Source of the DNA: Bacteroidia bacterium
GTDB taxonomy: Bacteria > Bacteroidota > Bacteroidia > Bacteroidales > VadinHA17
Assembly: GCA_026391215.1 (NCBI GenBank)
Contig: JAPLDX010000011.1
Coordinates: forward strand, 1-10,859
Length of the DNA: 10,859 nucleotides
Reading direction: 5' to 3'
Shown one piece after another: positions 7,483-10,859 of the stretch (position 1 is the first letter of the stretch; every line of letters starts with the position of its first letter). Position numbers and translations under genes: made by a program. The notes beneath the pieces are model-generated. The model was given only the letters and a program-made list of their open reading frames with translations, was not told the origin of the DNA and did not search any database.

Positions 7483-7551
7483 GTCTTGCAGGTCTTGCAG
7501 GTCTTGCAGGTCGATATATCTGATAACGACTTGCACGACTTGCAAGACTTG
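7483..7551. repeat. Inverted arrangement of tandem 9-mers forming a long hairpin between convergent genes (possible terminator or RNA-stability element)
   Basis: GTCTTGCAG x3 + GTCG (7483-7513), 13-nt loop, then CGACTTGCAC-GACTTGCAA-GACTTG (7527-7551). On the + strand, 7489-7513 pairs with 7527-7551 over 25 positions with 1 mismatch and 3 G-U pairs. Confidence 0.85.
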
Positions 7552-7559
7552 ATTTACAT

Positions 7560-10334
7560 TTATTTATCCGCTGCCATTAAGGTGTTTAAGATCGCTTTAA
7601 GCTCATCAATCTGTTTCTGCTGGGACTCAATCAGCAGCTGCTGCTCTTTTATTGCTTCACTCAACACTGCTGTAATCTTGTCATAAGCAACCGATTTATA
7701 ACCATTGGGATCTGTAAACACAACTTCAGGGATAACCGTTTCCATTTCCTGAGCAATGAATCCGATATTTCTTCTTCCGTTAAAAGAATCAGAATTTTCA
7801 TTGATCATATCAAAGCTTACTCCACGCAGCGCCATGACTTTTTCCAGGGAGCTTTCCAGTGTCAATATGTTCTTCTTGTAACGAATATCTGAATCTGTAA
7901 GCCAGTTATAACCAGATTCTACTCTGCCATTTCCACCGGCAATATCAAGCTTCTGCTGTGGATTGATCATGGCAATACCGGTGTTACCATTCTGAAGAAC
8001 AGTTAAAGCATTTTTCCTGTTTATGTCAGAAGAACCATTTCCAATAACAAAAACAGGATCAAGGCCAGTCCACCAGTCCTTTTCTAAACATGAAGTGTCA
8101 TTATATTGTCCTATTACAAAAGAAGCATAAGGTTTGGCTTTGGTTAAATAACCAAAGGCTGATGAGCTTGTGCCAACCGCCGTGGTATTGTTACCCAAAG
8201 CTACGCTCAAGACTCCGGTTGCTTTTGATTGATATCCAAAGGCAAATGATTGGGCACCTGATGCCGTACAGAGCTTGCCACCGGCAAACGCTGACTGACC
8301 TGAAGCTACTGATTCTATTCCTATAGCTGTCGAAGCATAGTTACTAGCTGTTGATCCAATACCAAAAGCAGTACAATTATCACCAATTGCCTGGGTATTT
8401 TCTCCCCAAGCAGTACTGCTAGTACCAATAGCTTTGGTTTCTTTACCCAAAGCAACAGCATACCATCCAGTGGCTTTCGATAGATATCCTTCAGCAAATG
8501 AAAGACCACCAGAAGCTTCTGTTCTGAAACCAAAAGCCACGGAGGCCCATCCGGAAGCAACAGTAGAATCTCCAAAGGCAAATGCCCCCCCTGATAAAGC
8601 ATTTGCTTTATAACCAAATGCAAATGAATTATTGCCAGATGCTATGCTGAATTGACCTCCGGAGAATGCTGCATAGCCTGAAGTTTTTGATTCTTGCCCA
8701 ATAGCTATTGACAAGTCGCTGTTTGCAGATGTTCTATAACCAAGAGCAGTACTACCTGCGCCACTTGCTTTGGTTTCATTCCCCAAAGCTACGCTCATGG
8801 CTCCGGTGGCCTTTGTCAGTAACCCGCCAGCAAATGAAGTGAAAGCTGAAGCCTCTGTCGTCTGGCCAATAGCCATTGATGCCCACTCGCTTGCCATAGT
8901 ATTATATCCAAATGTTGTTGCGGCCCCGCCTGTTGATTTCGTTGATAACCCATAAGCCATGCTGAAATAATTGGAAGCCAGATTATCTGCACCAAATGCA
9001 AATGAACTTTCACCAGTTGCCTGAGAACCAAGACCAAAGGCAAAAGAATAATTACCGGAAGCAATGGTGTTTTTTCCTGTCGGACCGATAGAATCTCTCC
9101 CAACGTACCCAAATGCGAAGCTTCCAACTCCTTTTGCCTCTGAAAATGCTCCAAATGCATATGAATCCTGATTTAAAGCTTTTGCATTATCACCAAGAGC
9201 AAAAGAATTTATGCTGTTTGCTATTGCTTTTTTTCCAATAGCTGTTGCATAATCACCTCTTGCAATTGTTTTATAACCCATGGCCTGAGAATATTGCCCT
9301 TTTGCTTTGGACTCATAACCTGTTGCAAATGAATTTATTCCGACACTATCGGGTTTTTCTATCAGCACCCTGCCTGCTAGAAAAGCATTTTTCAACGGAT
9401 ACCACAAGATCCTGTTTTGTGATGGATTGACTATCCTTCCTGTATCCGTTGATACATCAAAATAGTTACCCGGCTGGTCCTTTACTGTTCCAAATCCACC
9501 AATTGCAAATCCTCCTTTCACACCTTTTGCAGTGGTATTATCAATATATGCCCTGATGCTGTCGGAGCTGACAAACAGATAATCCTGTGAACCTGCTTTG
9601 GTTGTTCCATATCCGCCAATGGCAAAACCGCCTTTGACAGCTTTAACAGTATCATACAGATACATCCTTATGGAATCAGGTCTGACTATAAAATAAGGTT
9701 GTGATGAAGCCTTCGTTGTACCAAATCCCCCGATTGCAAATCCACCTTTGACTCCCTTTTTATCGCCTTCGCTTACATAAACTCTTACTCCTTCATTGTA
9801 AACCGCAAATATTGTCTGCCCATCTTTGTTTTTGACTTCAAACAAAGATTCATCCTGTGTCGTTGCAGAGCCTGTTACCTCTAATTTACTGACAGGTCCA
9901 TCCAGCTTATCTGCCACCATAGCATATGGCACCGACCACAATTTCGCGTGACCCATAGTTTTCCAGGATCCCTGGAAATAGAGCTGGATTTTCAGATAGA
10001 GAGGAGTCTTTGTCCAGTCAATATCAGAAAAACTAGCCGCTGAACCGGATTGTCTTGTCCCGGTCCCTATTACAAGTCCAAAAATACCGGATGCATTGGT
10101 TTTTACAGATGAATGAAGCTCCTCCCACACGACAACCGGAGTAAGGGTATCAGATAGAATGCCCATTTTTACCTGGATTATAGTATTCATGATCGGAGCT
10201 CCGGCGCTGTTATGGGCAACAGCCTGGTAGTTAAATCCCTGCGGGATCTGGCTCAGGGCACAGGGCGAAGGGCACAGGGCAAGAAGAAAAAAGAAAGATG
10301 TGAGAATGTGTGGGAAGGAGAGTTTTGTTTTCAT
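7560..10334 (-). CDS. Secreted tail-fibre-like / adhesin-like protein: signal peptide, N-terminal PQGFNYQAV...SVPYA domain, 3x KGGFAIGG repeats, 29 YadA-head-like repeats, C-terminal peptidase S74 intramolecular chaperone and coiled coil
   Basis: Signal peptide ending ALS|Q29. 14-aa repeats of type SGxxSxAxGxxxxA over about 8105-9345. S74 motif SDIRYKKNI (Ser815, Lys820) followed by GFIAQEME..IPEVV and VAYDKI..VL.EAIKEQ, then a coiled-coil tail (QQLLIESQQKQIDELKAILNTL). Confidence 0.88.
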   Translation of the reverse strand: MKTKLSFPHILTSFFFLLALCPSPCALSQIPQGFNYQAVAHNSAGAPIMNTIIQVKMGILSDTLTPVVVWEELHSSVKTNASGIFGLVIGTGTRQSGSAASFSDIDWTKTPLYLKIQLYFQGSWKTMGHAKLWSVPYAMVADKLDGPVSKLEVTGSATTQDESLFEVKNKDGQTIFAVYNEGVRVYVSEGDKKGVKGGFAIGGFGTTKASSQPYFIVRPDSIRMYLYDTVKAVKGGFAIGGYGTTKAGSQDYLFVSSDSIRAYIDNTTAKGVKGGFAIGGFGTVKDQPGNYFDVSTDTGRIVNPSQNRILWYPLKNAFLAGRVLIEKPDSVGINSFATGYESKAKGQYSQAMGYKTIARGDYATAIGKKAIANSINSFALGDNAKALNQDSYAFGAFSEAKGVGSFAFGYVGRDSIGPTGKNTIASGNYSFAFGLGSQATGESSFAFGADNLASNYFSMAYGLSTKSTGGAATTFGYNTMASEWASMAIGQTTEASAFTSFAGGLLTKATGAMSVALGNETKASGAGSTALGYRTSANSDLSIAIGQESKTSGYAAFSGGQFSIASGNNSFAFGYKANALSGGAFAFGDSTVASGWASVAFGFRTEASGGLSFAEGYLSKATGWYAVALGKETKAIGTSSTAWGENTQAIGDNCTAFGIGSTASNYASTAIGIESVASGQSAFAGGKLCTASGAQSFAFGYQSKATGVLSVALGNNTTAVGTSSSAFGYLTKAKPYASFVIGQYNDTSCLEKDWWTGLDPVFVIGNGSSDINRKNALTVLQNGNTGIAMINPQQKLDIAGGNGRVESGYNWLTDSDIRYKKNILTLESSLEKVMALRGVSFDMINENSDSFNGRRNIGFIAQEMETVIPEVVFTDPNGYKSVAYDKITAVLSEAIKEQQLLIESQQKQIDELKAILNTLMAADK

Positions 10335-10379
10335 GGGATTAACGGCTTAAAGGCTCAATGGAGCAGGGGCGTAACGGCC
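10251..10379. repeat. Degenerate short-period tandem repeats (7-mers and 8-mers) over the signal-peptide coding region and 5' leader of the fibre gene
   Basis: 7-mers GCTCAGG GCACAGG GCGAAGG GCACAGG (10251-10278). 8-mers TAACGGCT TAAAGGCT CAATGGAG CAGGGGCG TAACGGCC (10340-10379). Weak 8-mer pair AAGATGTG AGAATGTG (10295-10310). Confidence 0.6.
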
Positions 10380-10410
10380 AGAAGTCAATGAACCTGTGGT
10401 TTAATTGTAT

Positions 10411-10418
10411 TAAAGTTA
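10411..10418 (-). promoter_or_regulatory. Possible -7 element for the fibre gene
   Basis: Minus strand TAACTTTA (TAnnTTTG variant) 76 nt upstream of the ATG. Confidence 0.35.
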
Positions 10419-10471
10419 TGACAAAAAGAAAGACCTGTCAAGTTTTTTAACATTGACCCTGCCTGCTGATA

Positions 10472-10858
10472 TCATCTGTCTACCCATTTTTTGAACTCAG
10501 CGACCCTTTCGCGGCTCACAATTAATTCTTCTTTTTTCCCCCCGTTTTTAAGAGTCAGCTGAAATCTGCTTGAGGAATAGCTGGACATTGTTGCTATGGC
10601 ATTTATGTTTACAATGCATTCACGGTTGATCCTGTAGAATTTACGGGGATCAAGCATCTCCTGGATCTGATCAAGGGAATACTCAACTCCATAATCTATT
10701 CCCTGAAAATCATTAAGAAAGACATTACGTTCCAGGATATGAAAATGGCTTATTTCAGAGACCGGAACAGATTTATATTTTTCTCCTGTTTTAATAAGAA
10801 ATCTTGATTTATACTGATTCCTGAATTCATAAAGGAGTTGCCTGAAATCTCTTTTAAA
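10472..10858 (-). CDS. LytTR-family DNA-binding regulator (probable response regulator), 5' part outside the window
   Basis: The frame stays open upstream of the 61-aa ORF to the window edge: FKRDFRQLLYEFRNQYKSRFLIKTGEKYKSVPVSEISHF...YSLDQIQEMLDPRKFYRINRECIVNINAI...LIVSRERVAEFKKWVDR. FYRINR..IVN and VSRER are LytTR hallmarks. Confidence 0.92.
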   Translation of the reverse strand, partial: FKRDFRQLLYEFRNQYKSRFLIKTGEKYKSVPVSEISHFHILERNVFLNDFQGIDYGVEYSLDQIQEMLDPRKFYRINRECIVNINAIATMSSYSSSRFQLTLKNGGKKEELIVSRERVAEFKKWVDR

Positions 10859-10859
10859 A

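Noticed and set aside
7483-7551. Possible CRISPR array
   Set aside because: Units are 9 nt, directly adjacent, without spacers; no cas genes.
7486-7686. 66-aa ORF MQVLQVLQVD...LHDLQDL
   Set aside because: It is the translation of the 9-mer repeat running antisense into the fibre gene; TTG start and no other coding evidence.
931-9430. Remaining short alternative-frame and antisense ORFs in the track (e.g. 1200-1472, 4056-4436, 4826-5032, 6888-7253, 8321-8623, 8816-9160)
   Set aside because: They lie within or largely overlap well-supported longer genes and show no recognisable motifs.
10272-10286. Lipobox at Cys21 of the fibre protein
   Set aside because: LAL-C has Leu at -1, which does not fit the [GAS]-C rule; ALS|Q fits signal peptidase I cleavage better.
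7560-10334. Prophage tail fibre or classical trimeric autotransporter
   Set aside because: It has a Sec signal peptide and housekeeping neighbours with no phage genes; the C-terminus is an S74 chaperone plus coiled coil, not a beta-barrel ending in an aromatic residue.
10472-10657. LytTR as a stand-alone 61-aa protein or pseudogene
   Set aside because: The frame is open to the window edge, so the short call is a truncation artefact.

Overview
10.9-kb window that looks like Bacteroidota (probably Bacteroidales-like) chromosomal DNA. The evidence is TAnnTTTG/-33 TTTG promoter motifs, A/T-rich translation starts without Shine-Dalgarno sequences, Gln at +1 after predicted signal peptides, and a Bacteroidota-type TonB N-terminus. 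In order it contains: a lipoprotein gene running off the left edge (-), an orphan TonB (-), tRNA-Ala(GGC) (+) followed by a nested REP-like palindrome, a Tat-signal aldo/keto-reductase-like protein (+), a secreted hypothetical protein (+), a FISUMP (Fib_succ_major) lipoprotein (-), a DUF4342 / aminopeptidase P / aldo-keto reductase cluster (+), and a 9-mer-built hairpin. It then has a 924-aa secreted fibre protein (-) with 29 YadA-head-like 14-aa repeats and a C-terminal phage-type S74 autocleaving chaperone but no recognisable outer-membrane anchor, followed by the C-terminal half of a LytTR regulator (-). The best candidate for a poorly described system is this non-phage secreted trimeric fibre gene with its upstream LytTR regulator and the short-period DNA repeats at both ends. 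I saw no CRISPR array, integrase, transposase or reverse transcriptase. All family assignments come from motif recognition by eye; no searches were run.
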